NCBI GenBank assembly: GCA_020891255.1
Contig: BQFW01000002.1
Span: forward strand, 2,356,001 to 2,420,000
Length of the DNA: 64,000 bases
DNA from: Entomortierella parvispora E1425
Taxonomy: Eukaryota > Fungi > Mortierellomycota
Direction: 5' to 3'
Part shown: positions 13,901 to 26,200 of the stretch, piece after piece
Position numbering within the stretch: position 1 is the stretch's first letter
Layout: each line of letters starts with the position of its first letter
Notes under the pieces: generated by a model
What the model was told of the DNA's origin: nothing
Seen by the model: only the letters and a program-made list of their open reading frames with translations
The model's database searches: none
Position numbers and translations under genes: made by a program

Positions 13901-14485
13901 GGAGGAGACTGAGGCAGCCAAGAAGACCCGTCCAGTTCAGAAATTCTCATCTGAAGTCAAGTTTGTCACCAAGAGGTATTGTGCTGCTTAGTGATTATAT
14001 TGCCCTAGAGCCGATGGCCGGATTCTTCTCTAACACTTGCCACTTGCTGTCTGATGACCTCACTCTTTAGTGAAAATGTCTCCAAGAAGGGCTATCTTCA
14101 CTATCCAGAATCCAAGGATGATGTTTGGGTGAAGCGTTGGTTTGTGATCCGACGACCTTATATGTATATTTATGGAAGCAATTCCGAGATGGAGGAGCTG
14201 GCGGTTGTTAATCTGACACATGTCCGAGTGGACTATAAGCGCGATCTGGAAGAGATGCTCGAGGTAAGGAAGGGGCAAAAGAGCGTGAGAATGAAAGCGG
14301 TGACAAGCAACAAATCAGGTTTCTAACAGCAAGTGGCCTCTGCATTGTGTCAATAGCGCGAATTTGTGTTTTCAATCTACACGAACAGCAACGCGTACCT
14401 GATCCAGGCACCGTCTCGCGACGAGATGTGCTCATGGCTCAAGCATTTGGACCAGTTTTTCAACCTGTCAGTTATCCCCAGCTAG
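7990..14485 (+). CDS. KIF1: Kinesin-3 (UNC-104/KIF1-like): motor, FHA, coiled coils, C-terminal PH domain; multi-exon
   Basis: IKVVVRCRP start, GQTGSGKS P-loop, [33 protein letters not shown] lead-in, PH-like KKGYL...WVKRWFV. Canonical introns. Confidence 0.95.
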
Positions 14486-14694
14486 TATCTTCTTATCTCA
14501 TACCCCCCACTTGCATAGCAATGGCCCATAATAAACGACCCAGAGGTACAAGACGAAAAAGAATTGGCGCATTGAGCATCATTCGATGGAGAGAAAGAAC
14601 GAAAGAAGCAGAAAATCGCGCGTCTGAAAGAAAGCACAAACGCACATAAACAAAGAAAAAAAAAAAGAAAAAAAAAAGACGCGCGGGGATAACG

Positions 14695-14701
14695 TGAGTC
14701 A
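14695..14701 (+). promoter_or_regulatory. Gcn4/CpcA (AP-1) site TGAGTCA upstream of ARG7, next to a poly(dA) tract
   Basis: Exact consensus about 240 bp upstream of the ATG of an arginine-biosynthesis gene. Confidence 0.5.
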
Positions 14702-14937
14702 AAGCGCATGCAAGCCTGAAGATCTGTGACTGCCAGTCTTCCAGCAACTTAAAAAGTCTCTTCTGCATTCCTCCCTCCCATTTCCCGTCCCTCTCCATCC
14801 CCATCCATCTCTCCATCTTTTCATTCAATCCCTTTCTTTCTTTCTTCCTCATTGTCTTCCTCTCTGCTCCAGGACAAGCAGATATCAGTTTCATCAAGAC
14901 TAACTCCCGGAATAGCACACACACACACGAGAAAAAA

Positions 14938-16419
14938 ATGTCTTTGCTCTCCGCACTCCGCACCACACGCGTGGTCCGACCTTCAGCCGTGCTCTCGTCC
15001 TCGTCGGCAGCCTCATACTCGACCAAGGCCCCACCTTCATGGTCGTCGCTCCCACTCTCTAAGCAAAAGCTGATCCCAGCTTCAGGGACCTATCCCAAAG
15101 GATTCCTCGTCTCCGGTATCTCTTCCAAAGTCAAAAAGTCTGGCGCCAAAGATCTCGCCCTTATCACTTCTCAACTGGATCTCCCTTGTTCCGCCGCTGC
15201 CGTCTTTACCAAAAATGTCTTTCAGGCCGCACCGGTGGTCGTCTCTCGGGAACGACTGGTCGATAACGGCGGCAAAGGAATTCAGGGCTTGGTGACCAAT
15301 TCTGGCTGTGCAAACGCCGTGACGGGTACTGTGGGACTGGAGAACGCGCGCGAGATGACCAAGGCGTTGGATCGGATGCTGTCAGGAAAGACCACGAGCG
15401 GTGGATCGTCGTTGGTCATGTCAACGGGTGTGATCGGACAACATTTGCAAATGGACAAGATCTTGAAAGGCATCCAGGATTCCAAAGCCCACCTTGGATC
15501 CGATCATCAACATTGGATGGATTGCGCACAGGCTTACATGACCACCGACACCTTCCCAAAATTGCGTTCCAAAGTCTACACCTTGCCTGAATCCAAAGTA
15601 GAGTATCGTATGGCCGGTATCACAAAGGGCGCCGGTATGATTCACCCCGACATGGCCACCTTGTTGGGCACCATTGTGACAGATTTGGGAGTAGAGCCTG
15701 GCTTGTTGCAGTATGCGTTGACCCACGCCGTGGATCGATCTTTCAATGCCATCACGGTCGATGGAGACATGTCGACCAACGATACTGTGGCCTTGTTGGC
15801 GAACGCAGGCGCGACCGGAGGAAAGATTGTAGTCAAAGATTTGACCAGTGCAGATTTTGGAGCGTTCAAGGAGCAGTTGACGGAGTTTGCCCAGGAGCTG
15901 TCTCAGCTCGTTGTCAGGGACGGAGAGGGCGCGACCAAGTTTGTCAAGGTGTCAGTCGAGGTGAGTCTTTTTTACTTTTTTATGATAGGGATTCTTTTTC
16001 ATTTCTTGTTTTCATTATCAAATACTAACCACTACAAATTTAAATAGGGTGCCCCCTCTTTCGAAGCTGCCAAGACTGTGGCCTCGACCATTGCAACCTC
16101 TTCCTTGGTCAAGACGGCACTCTATGGCGAGGATGCCAACTGGGGACGTATTCTTTGCGCCGTGGGCTACTCTGGAGTGAAGGAGATTGATCCCAAGAAG
16201 GTCTCAGTCTCTTTTATTCCCATGGATGGATCTGCTCCCTTGAAGCTGTTGCACCAGGGTGAGCCCGAACAAGTGGATGAGGTCCGTGCCAGCCAGATTT
16301 TGAAGATGGAGGACTTGGAGATTCGTGTCGAGTTGAACTTGGGCAAGGAGGCAACGTCGTACTGGACCTGCGATCTTTCACACGAGTACATTTCTATCAA
16401 CGCTGATTACCGGTCATAA
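14938..16419 (+). CDS. ARG7: Mitochondrial ornithine acetyltransferase ArgJ, 2 exons (intron 15961-16048)
   Basis: Arg/Ser-rich presequence, [30 protein letters not shown] autocleavage site, DGEGATK, NWGRI, INADYRS end. Confidence 0.96.
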
Positions 16420-17470
16420 GTTTTTCAGCTCAAAGTGATGTTTGTATCCAAGAATTTATTGCGACTATCAGGTAGAAATGACCCAGAGAAAATTTATTAA
16501 TATGGAGCTCAGTTGTAATTGACGAGACAGAAAGCAGATTTGACCTGAGAATACTTACATAAGTTGAAAGAGAACTCAATTCTGGGATCGACTCGCGATA
16601 CATGTGGAAGGTTTTGATCCAGACCTATGGTGCTGGTGTTCGTTTGGGGGTGCGACCAAAGAATGGTGCCTGTTCGCAAAACATATACGCAAAAGATGTT
16701 CGCAAGTCTAGAGTGAAGCGGGTGGAGGTGGAAGTTAGCTTTGGATCATCATGTGCCCATCCAAGGATCAGTGTTGATCAAACTCTCAAACGAACAAGCA
16801 AACTGCAAATAGACTCGTGTTCGCAAGGAGAGACCGCATCACGCAGGTCTCTGATGGAGTCTAGATGACGACAGTATGAGAAGTGAACGTTGAGTGACCA
16901 TCTCTACAGCACCAACGCAAAAGACAAGGTCTGAAGGCCGCGTCTGTTCCACAGGGAGGCACTGCCTTTGTCCTTTTGTCCTTAAAAGCTTTACACGAAC
17001 CTGAAGGTTATATAACGAGGCAAGGAACGATCGTTCACCAGACGAAGGAAAGTCAGTATGGATGCTCGAACAACCTCTAGCAAGGCTCCTTGGTACAAAA
17101 CTTCCAAAGAGAGCAGAACATTTACCTCGTCATCGTCCTCTCCTCTCGTCGACCTCCTCGAGCTTCTTGTGTGGCCGTAGGTGTGTGTCTAGGTGTGTGG
17201 TATTCGGTAGTTGGGGGGGATGGAAGTGGGGAGGGGGGAATGGGATGGTGGGTAAGTTGAGAAAGAAAGAAAGGAAAACCGAAGAGGTGCAGGTCTTGGC
17301 GGGCAGTTTTCAAGATCGATCGCGGTGACTGCTCAATGTGTTTCATTTTATCATCATGATATCTGCAAGGTTATTTTTTTTTAGGTGCAAAGCACAATAT
17401 TTTCGAAAATAAAATAAGAGAGAGGAGAAAGAGAAGAATCCAATGGCATGTTATTCTAGTGTGTGTTTTC

Positions 17471-19849
17471 CTATGGACGTTTTTGCTGTTCGTGACCGCA
17501 AGCGACGCATGCCCAGGGACCTCGCTTCCACCCTTCGTACTTATACTTGTAATCCTTGAATTGGTCAACCTTTATCCGGGCCAGGACCTGGGGTGGCGCA
17601 TAGAACCCATAACATAAACCACCCCTTTCACCATCCACCAGTCGGCCATTTTGGACATTGATGATTTGTCGCTGACACATCAGACCTTCTCTCAGAAACC
17701 GGGTCGAATCTTTGTCGTCCTGTTCTTGTTCTTCTTCACCGTCTAGGTCCTCACTGTCGTTTGCAGCGGTATGACCATTCTTGTCCAGCGTGGTTTTCAC
17801 TGACTTTTCGTTCAGCGGAATGACCGTGGTGTTCTTGCCTCTTCCGACTCTATGATCAGCATTGTCTAGTTTTGCTTCCACTCCTTCCTGGTCCTTCTTC
17901 ACATCGCTGTTTTCTTTTATATCCTGCGCCATGCCTCTCTTTTCCTGTGTCTGTTTATCCTTGAGTTTGTCCAGGCGCTCTTTCCATTCAAGTTCCATCT
18001 CACAACGCCGACATCCGCAATCGAAATGAAAATGCTTCTTCAAGTGCTCTCGTCTCTTGTCCAAAGCCAACATCCTCGCCGCCACAGCCGATGCAGACTC
18101 TGCCCCCTCCTTGTCGTCCGCCTGTGGCTTCCAATCCTCCTTGAAGAGTCGATAGCTCGGTCCAAACTCCAAATAGGTAATGTTCAATTCCTCGCCGGGG
18201 GCAATGTCTCTGGCGGTATAGAACAGCATCCGATCCCGGTTCGTCGAGACATGGTAGAGGTTGGGGGCGCAAGAATGGTTGTGAAAGGGGAGGTGACATC
18301 GAATGAAATAGCCTAGACCGTAACCCAGTTTGGGATTGGGGCTGTTCAAGATCCGCTCTTGCCTTTGACGGTCGCGTTCGATGGGGCTGAGGAGAAGGTG
18401 GTCCGGATGCTCTGCATGGTACCGCTCTTTTTCTTGAGCAGTCATGGATCGAACAGTGTCGAAATAGGTCGCGTGCGATTCCTTTCTGCTCGAGTGAGAG
18501 GGATATGGCCTAGAGGCGTGTGGGTACTGGTCATGGTAAGGGCGAGTTGGTTTCCAGTTTGGATAATCATAGATTCCAAACGAGTTGCATTCCTCTTTGC
18601 AAACCAGACCCAAGAGTTCGTCTGGAGAAAGACGTTGGTTGTACCGTCTACGTCCTGATCCATTGGTAATGGACCGGGTGGAGAGCGTTTGTTGTTCTCT
18701 GTCATAGTTCACCAGGTGTTCTTGAAAGGCGTCCAAGATCTGAGCTACATCTGTCATGGGACCCAACAATCGGTCCTGTGGATATTGCTCTCGATTTTCG
18801 ACCAAGTCCAGGACTCGCTCAAACGAGACTGGTTTGCTGCCCAATTCATCGTCCTTGGGGTACCGCTCTGGCTGGTTGTTATTACCGAGGTCATCCTGGG
18901 TATTAGTCTCGTCCAGTTCGTTGTGCCGGTGGATGAGAACGCGGATGAGCATACGACAATAGTCCTGATCGTACGCATCCAACTGCAGGAATCTGGCCAT
19001 CGCCTTTTCGTGGTCTGGACTCAACGTTGGGGTGGACTCTTGAAGGGTCGAGGGATTAAACAGTCGCTTGAGAAATCCGCACTCGAGCTGATGGAGCGAC
19101 TCCCAGTCCTGATCTCTGCAACTTCTTCGATGCGTTGTTGCTGCCTTCTTGCTCTTGTTGTTGTCCCTGTCCCTACGGAGGGTCCTAGATCCACAAGCAG
19201 CTTGGTCGTCCTCCTCCAGATTCATATCACAGATATCAGTGACGCCGGCATCTATATCCTTCCCCTCTTCCTCCGCCTCCTCCTCCTCGCCCTCATCTTG
19301 CATCTCTGGATCACAATACCAGATCTCACCACATCCCGTGCATTCATCCTTGATGACCCTGAACGTTGTTTCTTCCTGATGATCCACCGACCGATGGCCG
19401 TTCAACCAATGTTTCAACTCGAGTTGCTGCGACACTTCTTTCTCTTCCTCCTCATCCCTCCAAGACTTGTTCAACGGCCCCAGACAAAACCCACAACGGT
19501 TCCTTCGATTCTTTGAATCGCAGACGGCAGCATGAGGAGAGGCTTCAAAGAGTAAAGTCCCAGAGGGGATCCAGGCCTTGGCGACCACGATCCGCCCACG
19601 ATCCTCCGTTTGGACCCGCTCGACGAGCTTTGTGGCATCCACAGCGTTCTCGAGGTCGCGGGGGATCCGTCGAAGGACTGGAAGAGGCGCATGGGGGTGG
19701 AGACCAGCAGAGCGCTTTTGAGGGTCGATGCCAGGCGCAGAGACGGGAGATTGTGGTTGCTGCTGTTGCAATGAGAGGTCCAGGGGTGGCTGATGACGCG
19801 TCTTCAACGGGCTCAGGACCACGGAAGGATCTTGACCAGTTTTCATCAT
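17471..19849 (-). CDS. SET-MYND (SMYD/Set6-like) lysine methyltransferase, single exon, 792 aa
   Basis: GRIVVA SET-N, CGFC/CTGC/WYC/HQLEC MYND-like ligands, CNSFG, HNHSCAPN, EELNITY, post-SET FDCGCRRC. Confidence 0.85.
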   Translation of the reverse strand: MMKTGQDPSVVLSPLKTRHQPPLDLSLQQQQPQSPVSAPGIDPQKRSAGLHPHAPLPVLRRIPRDLENAVDATKLVERVQTEDRGRIVVAKAWIPSGTLLFEASPHAAVCDSKNRRNRCGFCLGPLNKSWRDEEEEKEVSQQLELKHWLNGHRSVDHQEETTFRVIKDECTGCGEIWYCDPEMQDEGEEEEAEEEGKDIDAGVTDICDMNLEEDDQAACGSRTLRRDRDNNKSKKAATTHRRSCRDQDWESLHQLECGFLKRLFNPSTLQESTPTLSPDHEKAMARFLQLDAYDQDYCRMLIRVLIHRHNELDETNTQDDLGNNNQPERYPKDDELGSKPVSFERVLDLVENREQYPQDRLLGPMTDVAQILDAFQEHLVNYDREQQTLSTRSITNGSGRRRYNQRLSPDELLGLVCKEECNSFGIYDYPNWKPTRPYHDQYPHASRPYPSHSSRKESHATYFDTVRSMTAQEKERYHAEHPDHLLLSPIERDRQRQERILNSPNPKLGYGLGYFIRCHLPFHNHSCAPNLYHVSTNRDRMLFYTARDIAPGEELNITYLEFGPSYRLFKEDWKPQADDKEGAESASAVAARMLALDKRREHLKKHFHFDCGCRRCEMELEWKERLDKLKDKQTQEKRGMAQDIKENSDVKKDQEGVEAKLDNADHRVGRGKNTTVIPLNEKSVKTTLDKNGHTAANDSEDLDGEEEQEQDDKDSTRFLREGLMCQRQIINVQNGRLVDGERGGLCYGFYAPPQVLARIKVDQFKDYKYKYEGWKRGPWACVACGHEQQKRP

Positions 19850-20286
19850 TTTCTTTCTTTCTTTCTTTCTAGGGGAGAAAGGGATTTTTTTTTAAAGAGG
19901 GAAGGAGAGAAGAGTAAAATAAAAAGCAATGGGGTCTCTACAAGATTATTTTCTTCCAGGTCAGAGGGCGGATCGGGGTGCGTGGGAATTCAGGATAGGT
20001 TCGTCTCCATCTTGGCCGTGTGAACACACAATGGCGCCTGTAATGCGACAGGGAGGAAAACATCCCCTTGAGAGCCACAGCGTTGGGACAGTGGTTGGTG
20101 ATGGTGTGCATGGACCCCTGCAGGAGTGCATAACAGTGCACCAACTCTTCACAAAATCTTCTCATTTCCAGTGGGCACCTTTTTCGATACCATGTCATAT
20201 CAATTCCTTGTCGCTTTGCCAATAATGGTAGCGCGATGACAGCCTTTAGACACGTCAAATCAAAAGTTATTATTTTTTTTCTGCCT

Positions 20287-23200
20287 TTAAAAGTACTGAT
20301 TTCCTTGCTGACCCTGATGTTGTTGGCCCTGACCTCCTTGGCCACCACTGCCCTGGGAGGCCGCCTGTTGCTGATGGAACTGCTGCAGCGCCATTTGGGA
20401 AGACGTCAGGTTTTGAGACTTCATTCTCGCCAATCGCTCCTTCATCAGTGCCACCGTCTGCGCCCGCTCCTTGGCCGCCATGGACTCTTGTAGCGACTGC
20501 AAAGAGGAAGAAGGCGATTGAGGCGCTTGTTGCTGTTGTTGCTGAACCGGACTCGAGAACCCATGGTGGCCGTTCCTGCTATCCCCAAACTGAGATTGAT
20601 AAGGTGAGCCTCCACCGCCACCCATGCTCGATGTCGTCGACGACAGCATGGTCGGTGATCCAGAGGCCAAAGACGACTGTGGTTGGTACAATGATGTGGG
20701 TCTGGATGAGAGTCGGTTATGTTGTGCCAAAATCTTTTGTTGCTGAAGTTGATGCTGCTGATAATCCAAATCTTGTTGCTCACGACCCGTCAAGTTGCCT
20801 TGCATGTCCTGGACAGGAGAAGGCGTCTTGGATTCCTATGGTAGAATAGTGACATGAAGTCGAATGGTGATTAGCACTCCATTCAACACAGCATACTCTA
20901 GTAAACCGCATCGGACCAAAGAGTCTTACATTCTTGTATCCAAACATCTGCTGAAGACGAGCAAGTCGATCCTTGTAGGATTCGGCCCCACCCCCCGAGC
21001 TGGCACCATTTTCTGAACTGGAATCTGTTGACGACATTGTGCTCTCTCGCCTCCGCGCCGCAATCAAAGCAGCTGCCGCTGACAGGTCCATGCCTGAGCT
21101 CTCACGATGACTAGTCGATGACGACAAAGAAAGAGACCCTCCAGCATGGACACTGCTACCTCCAAAATGACTGCTGGAGCTAGTGCTCGACGCACTGGGA
21201 GGTCCTGACGCCGCCGATCCTGGGGTCGTGGCGCCGCCATTGTTGCCGTTGGCCTCTGCCTCCAAATTAGCCAGTCCTCGGCGAATGTAGCTCTGGAAGA
21301 ACGTTCCTGTCTTGGACAGTTGAGCATTGACCTTGGACTCCATGTTGGGATACATCTTTTGGAAAGCATATAAATCCGATATTCCCTTTAGAAGATTATA
21401 AGGACAACATGTAGTCTGTAAGTAATAATGTGGTAAAGAGTATCACTAGAAGTATGTTTCTTTCTTACCTGTTTGGTCTCCTCACGAGTTCCAATCTTTG
21501 TGAAAATCTGAGTGAGGCGACTGTTCATCTCCGTTTCGGATGCACCAGCACCCTCAGAATCCCCTGTTCCGTTGCTTCCAATACCATTCGTCGCTGTCTT
21601 GGAGGCATTGGGCCTGAATGGGCTCTGTGCTCGTGCATGTTGCTGTACTGGACTCTGTCCCAATGGCCGATTAAGAGCGGCGCCAGCGCCCCCAAAATCC
21701 GACTGGAATGACTGTGGTTGTTGAACAGATGCCATACCACCAAATCCTGAAGGCGATCCAAAGCTTGATGGTGGTTGTTGCATCCCCCTTGGTGAGGAGA
21801 TGGATTGCATTGGTGGTTGGAATTGTGGTGACTGTGGTGACTGTAGACCGGAGAGTCCCCCATGCGGCTGCTGATTATGGACACCCAGGTTTTGGTTCGG
21901 TAACATCGACAGCCTGTCCCCTCCACGACCCCCGAGACCGCCAGGGCCAGCACCTCCGCCCATGGACATATTTGGCATGGGCTGTGTAGCAGGGTTCAAG
22001 ACCTGGGCGATCGGTCTCTTCTTTGATCCTGTCATGTGGACCAAATACTGGTGGATGGCCGACTTTGTTGGATCCTGGATCAGGTCAAGATGATTAAACA
22101 CCTCATCTCCCAATCCTGACGACAGCTCCACAAGAACAGTCTTGACTGTCCTCAAAGGCATGTCACCCAAAGGAACGTTCTCTTGTGCACGGCGTTTCCA
22201 TTCTGGAGGCGAGATGGACACCAAAAAGTCGTTCATGTCCGCCAAGAGCTCGTTGGGCTTCAAAGTGCCAGCTGCAACGCATTCTTTGATAGTCTTTGTC
22301 AGCTTCCAGATACACTTCATGATCAAATCTCCAAACTTGGCTTGGTGTGCGGCATCAATTGGATCATTGTTGCCGCCCCGCAACGGCTGCGCGCATCGTA
22401 CCAAGATCAGCAACAAAGCATTGAAAGTTGCATTCCTGTTACTGTTCTCCAACACTTTGACCATCGTCACGTTCAGAGCCTTGGCCAACTGTTGACCGCT
22501 CTCAACTCTGTCCAAGTTTTTGTCCATGAGTCGACTTGCAAGCTCATGAAGTAGGTTGTATAACGTCTCAGACTGGACCCTGCTCGCCAACTGCTTGTTC
22601 GAGAAAAGACTCACAAGCGAGTTAACCAGGTGCTTGCATACCCTGGTCTTGGAGCTGTTGCGTTCGTCCAGGGCAGTGTAAGCTAGTCGAATCTGAAGCG
22701 TGTGCGCCGAGACAAGTTCGTTGATATGTGGGTATATAGGTTCCAAGGGTCCATGCAACGCCTTTTCCAGATTCTTGAGCGCGTCAATGCTCTCCTGAGG
22801 GATGTCGCTGGTGATGCTCGTCACAATAATATCCATTTGTGCTTCGCCTCGTCGGTCACCTCCGGAGACGGACAGCCTCTTGATTTGTGCCGATGGTGGT
22901 ACAACGATACTTGGTGGGGGCTGTGACAGTCCGTTGTTCATCTGCAATCCATTGCCGAATCCTCCAATGCGCGAGCCGTTCATTGGAAGTGACGAGGGTG
23001 CGAGACCCTCTGTGGGCTCGAATGAGCGTTGAAGACTCTTCCCTAATGTTGGAAGTCCTGACTGTGTTGGAGGGGCTTGATAGTCATCGTAATCAACCTG
23101 CATATCATGCAGACGGGATACTCGTGGAGGTCCACCGGGAAGTCCAGAGTCCATCGCAGAGGGGATTGTCTGACCAGGCTTCTTTAATGCCAGTCGTGAA

Positions 23201-26200
23201 CGTGGAGCCATAAGGCCCGAAGATCCAGGAAGCGATGGGAGAGGGGGAATTGGGGACGACTGTTGCTCCCGAGGAGGCCCTGTCATCGCGGGCAGAGCAC
23301 TTGGTGTAGGCTTTGGTGTCGTCTTGGAGGGTTGTGATAGACCTGGGAGAGCAGAGGTGCCCGGTCGAGCGCCAGGTTTAACCCCAGGACGTGGAAGACT
23401 TGGCAAAGTGTTCAATGCCCCTGGAGCGGCCTTAGAGGCCGTTCCAGCAGCCGATGGTGGTCTGGGTGGTGGGGCTGGTTTAGCAGCCTCAAGCATGGGC
23501 ATGATGGCTGCCTTGGCAGCTCCTTTGAGATCTCCGCACTTGGATACAATGGCATCGTATCCTGCACTGGCCATAAGGATGGGCAGGAACGACTGCCCTG
23601 CCTTGCGAACGTCGGGGCTACGATCCTGCAGGCACTGCAAAACTGGTGGAATCAAAGATGACAAATCTGGTAGAGTAACATCGCGCTCCTTGGCACCGTT
23701 ACAGAAGGTTGAGAGCCACACCAGAAGATCCTTGCGAAGAGTGGGCGAGTTGGTGACCAAGGAAACAGCAAGGGAGGACACCATCGAGTCCAAACCAGAT
23801 TGAGTCGCAAAAGCATCAAGTGCGCCAATAGCAGTGGTCCTGACGTTGTCCTTCTGATCCGTCAAACAGCTTGCAACATTAGCACATAAGATCCTAGCAA
23901 ACTTATCAAAGGGTTTGCCCATCGCCACTGCAAGGTTGGTACAGATCTCCATCGTCAAAATCTGAAGGTTCTTGTTACTGTCTCCCAAGCGAAGTTTGAG
24001 AGCACCAGGAAGTCCTCCAAGGTTGGGCTTGATGCGCTTGTTTGCATCCACGATGGCGGCAACCTTTTCCAGACCTTCCTTTCTGACCTTCCAATTGGCA
24101 TCCCCGCATTCCTCCAAAAGAGCCGAGGTAAACTGGTTTCCAATGTCGACTTTAGGGAACAATTCGTCAACGGCCGCACTTCCAGCAGCCTCTTCCACTG
24201 CCCCTTTCGACACTTGAGGAGGCTCCATGTCCGCAACTTTGGCGAATTCAGCGTCGATGGTCGCCAGTAGAGAAGAATTGCAGTCTTCCACAAAAGAACG
24301 GATGCCTAGAGAAAAAAAAAAGATTTACAGTTAGTTTCCAAGAAAATCCAAGCGTAAACATACAATCACCCTCACGCTTTTACACATACCGGGTCCAATG
24401 AATCGTCGCAAAGTTCCCAATACTCCAACCGCATTCGTTCTCACAGCCGCATTAGCGCTGCCCAGTGCAATCTTCAGAAAGTCGATGAGTTCCCGTACTT
24501 GCAAGCCCGCAATTCCAAAATCCTCGAGTTGCTGGTTGATCCAGGTCAATGAGTCCGCCAGCGCTTTTGGTGCCTTGAGCTTTTTGAGAGGGTCGTACGA
24601 CTGACTCAGGACAAACTGCAGCGAGATCGTCTCTGCATAAACCGTCAAGCAATCTCCAGCTGCTTTCTTCAACTTGATGTCTCCCATCTTATCAATCATG
24701 GCTATAGTTCAGAGACAAAATTTTGTCAGATTAGTTTAAGCCTGACGATTGTGCGAACATCTCCGGTCCAGAACTCCATTCCTTACCAGGAATAGTCAAA
24801 GCAGCACATGCTTTTGAGAAGGTAGGCAATTTCTGAGCTTGAAGTTGCAAAATCCCGTACAGCTTGGATGTCACTTGGAAGTTGCTTTCCTTCCAGCCAG
24901 GCTTCTTGGCCAAAACGCGTGTGATGAGCTCCGCTTCAAATCCGTCGCTGGTCTCGACCAACTCGTGCAGTTTTTCCATGGCCTCCAAACGAACCTTCCA
25001 GCTAGAATCGCCAAACTCTGCAATCAACTCTGGCGTCAAAAACTCGGCGGCCTGCTCCTCCGCAGTATCGTTTGAGAACTTGTACCTAAGCGGCTCTTCT
25101 TCCTTTTTAGAGCCACCACTGCTCGCAGCAGGAGCCACCTTCTTTACGGCTGATGCAGGGGCTGCAGAAGCTGGGGCTGCTTTAGCAGCAGGCTTTTTGG
25201 CACCGATCACCGGGGGTTTGGCAACTGGTTTCTTGACTGGAGCAGCAGCTGGTGCCGCGACAGGGGTGGGTTTCTACGAAATGTAGTGAAGGTTAACACC
25301 ATTTCCTATCTCAAGAGACAAGACTGCGAGGGGTCTGAATTTAATGACGTTACCTTGGCAGCAGGTTTAGAAGAGGTCAAGACCTTTGGCGGAGCAGCTT
25401 TGGGAGGGGCAGCAGCAGGCGCAGCCTTGGCTTTCACGACAGCCTTATCGGAATATTCCTTGACTTTACCCATCTTAACGGTGTCCAGTTTTTCAATATA
25501 GGCCAACAACGGCTTCTCTCCACAGCACTTCATTAGTGTTCCCAAGGCTTCTGCAGTTGCCTCACGGACCGCTGCATCACCATCGTCAAAAGCCTTGACA
25601 AGCATCTCACAGCCAGTCTTGATTTCGGGTTTAGATGGTACGATTTTGATCTCCTTGAGCTTCTGAATCTGAAGCTTGATGACCTCTGCTCGGATCTGTG
25701 GATTCTTGTGAGCCACATTAGCAGCCGAATCCTCCAAGAGTTCTGAATATGGTACTGTACTATACATCGCGTTGAGAGCGCCTGCCAATGCCTCCACGAC
25801 GGTGACTTTGCGTTCCTTCAAGCGATCCATGACCAAAGAAGCAACGCTCGATTTGTATTTGTTAAAGCCATCGCGAAGTCCACGCGCCAGTCCTTCCAAG
25901 CAATTGGCTGCCACAATGACAATGTTGATGTTGGTATCCGCCATACGCTATTCAAGACATCAAAGAGTGGATTGGTCAGTGCCTGATGCTCATATTCCAT
26001 CAATGGGTTGTATGTGAGAGCTACATACCTTGCCCAAGGCTCCGACGAGCTCCGAGTAGTGGCTGTCCAAGATTTTTGGTGATTTGCACAAGACAAGAAG
26101 TGCATCTAACGCCTCCTTTCGCTCCTGCCATTTCTTGGAAGCCAAGAACTCGTAGAAATTGCTTTCCATCTTTGCATTCACGTCCACAGGATCAAAGAGG

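Noticed and set aside
18689-19516. 275-aa + strand ORF
   Set aside because: Antisense shadow of the SET-MYND gene, with no motifs of its own.
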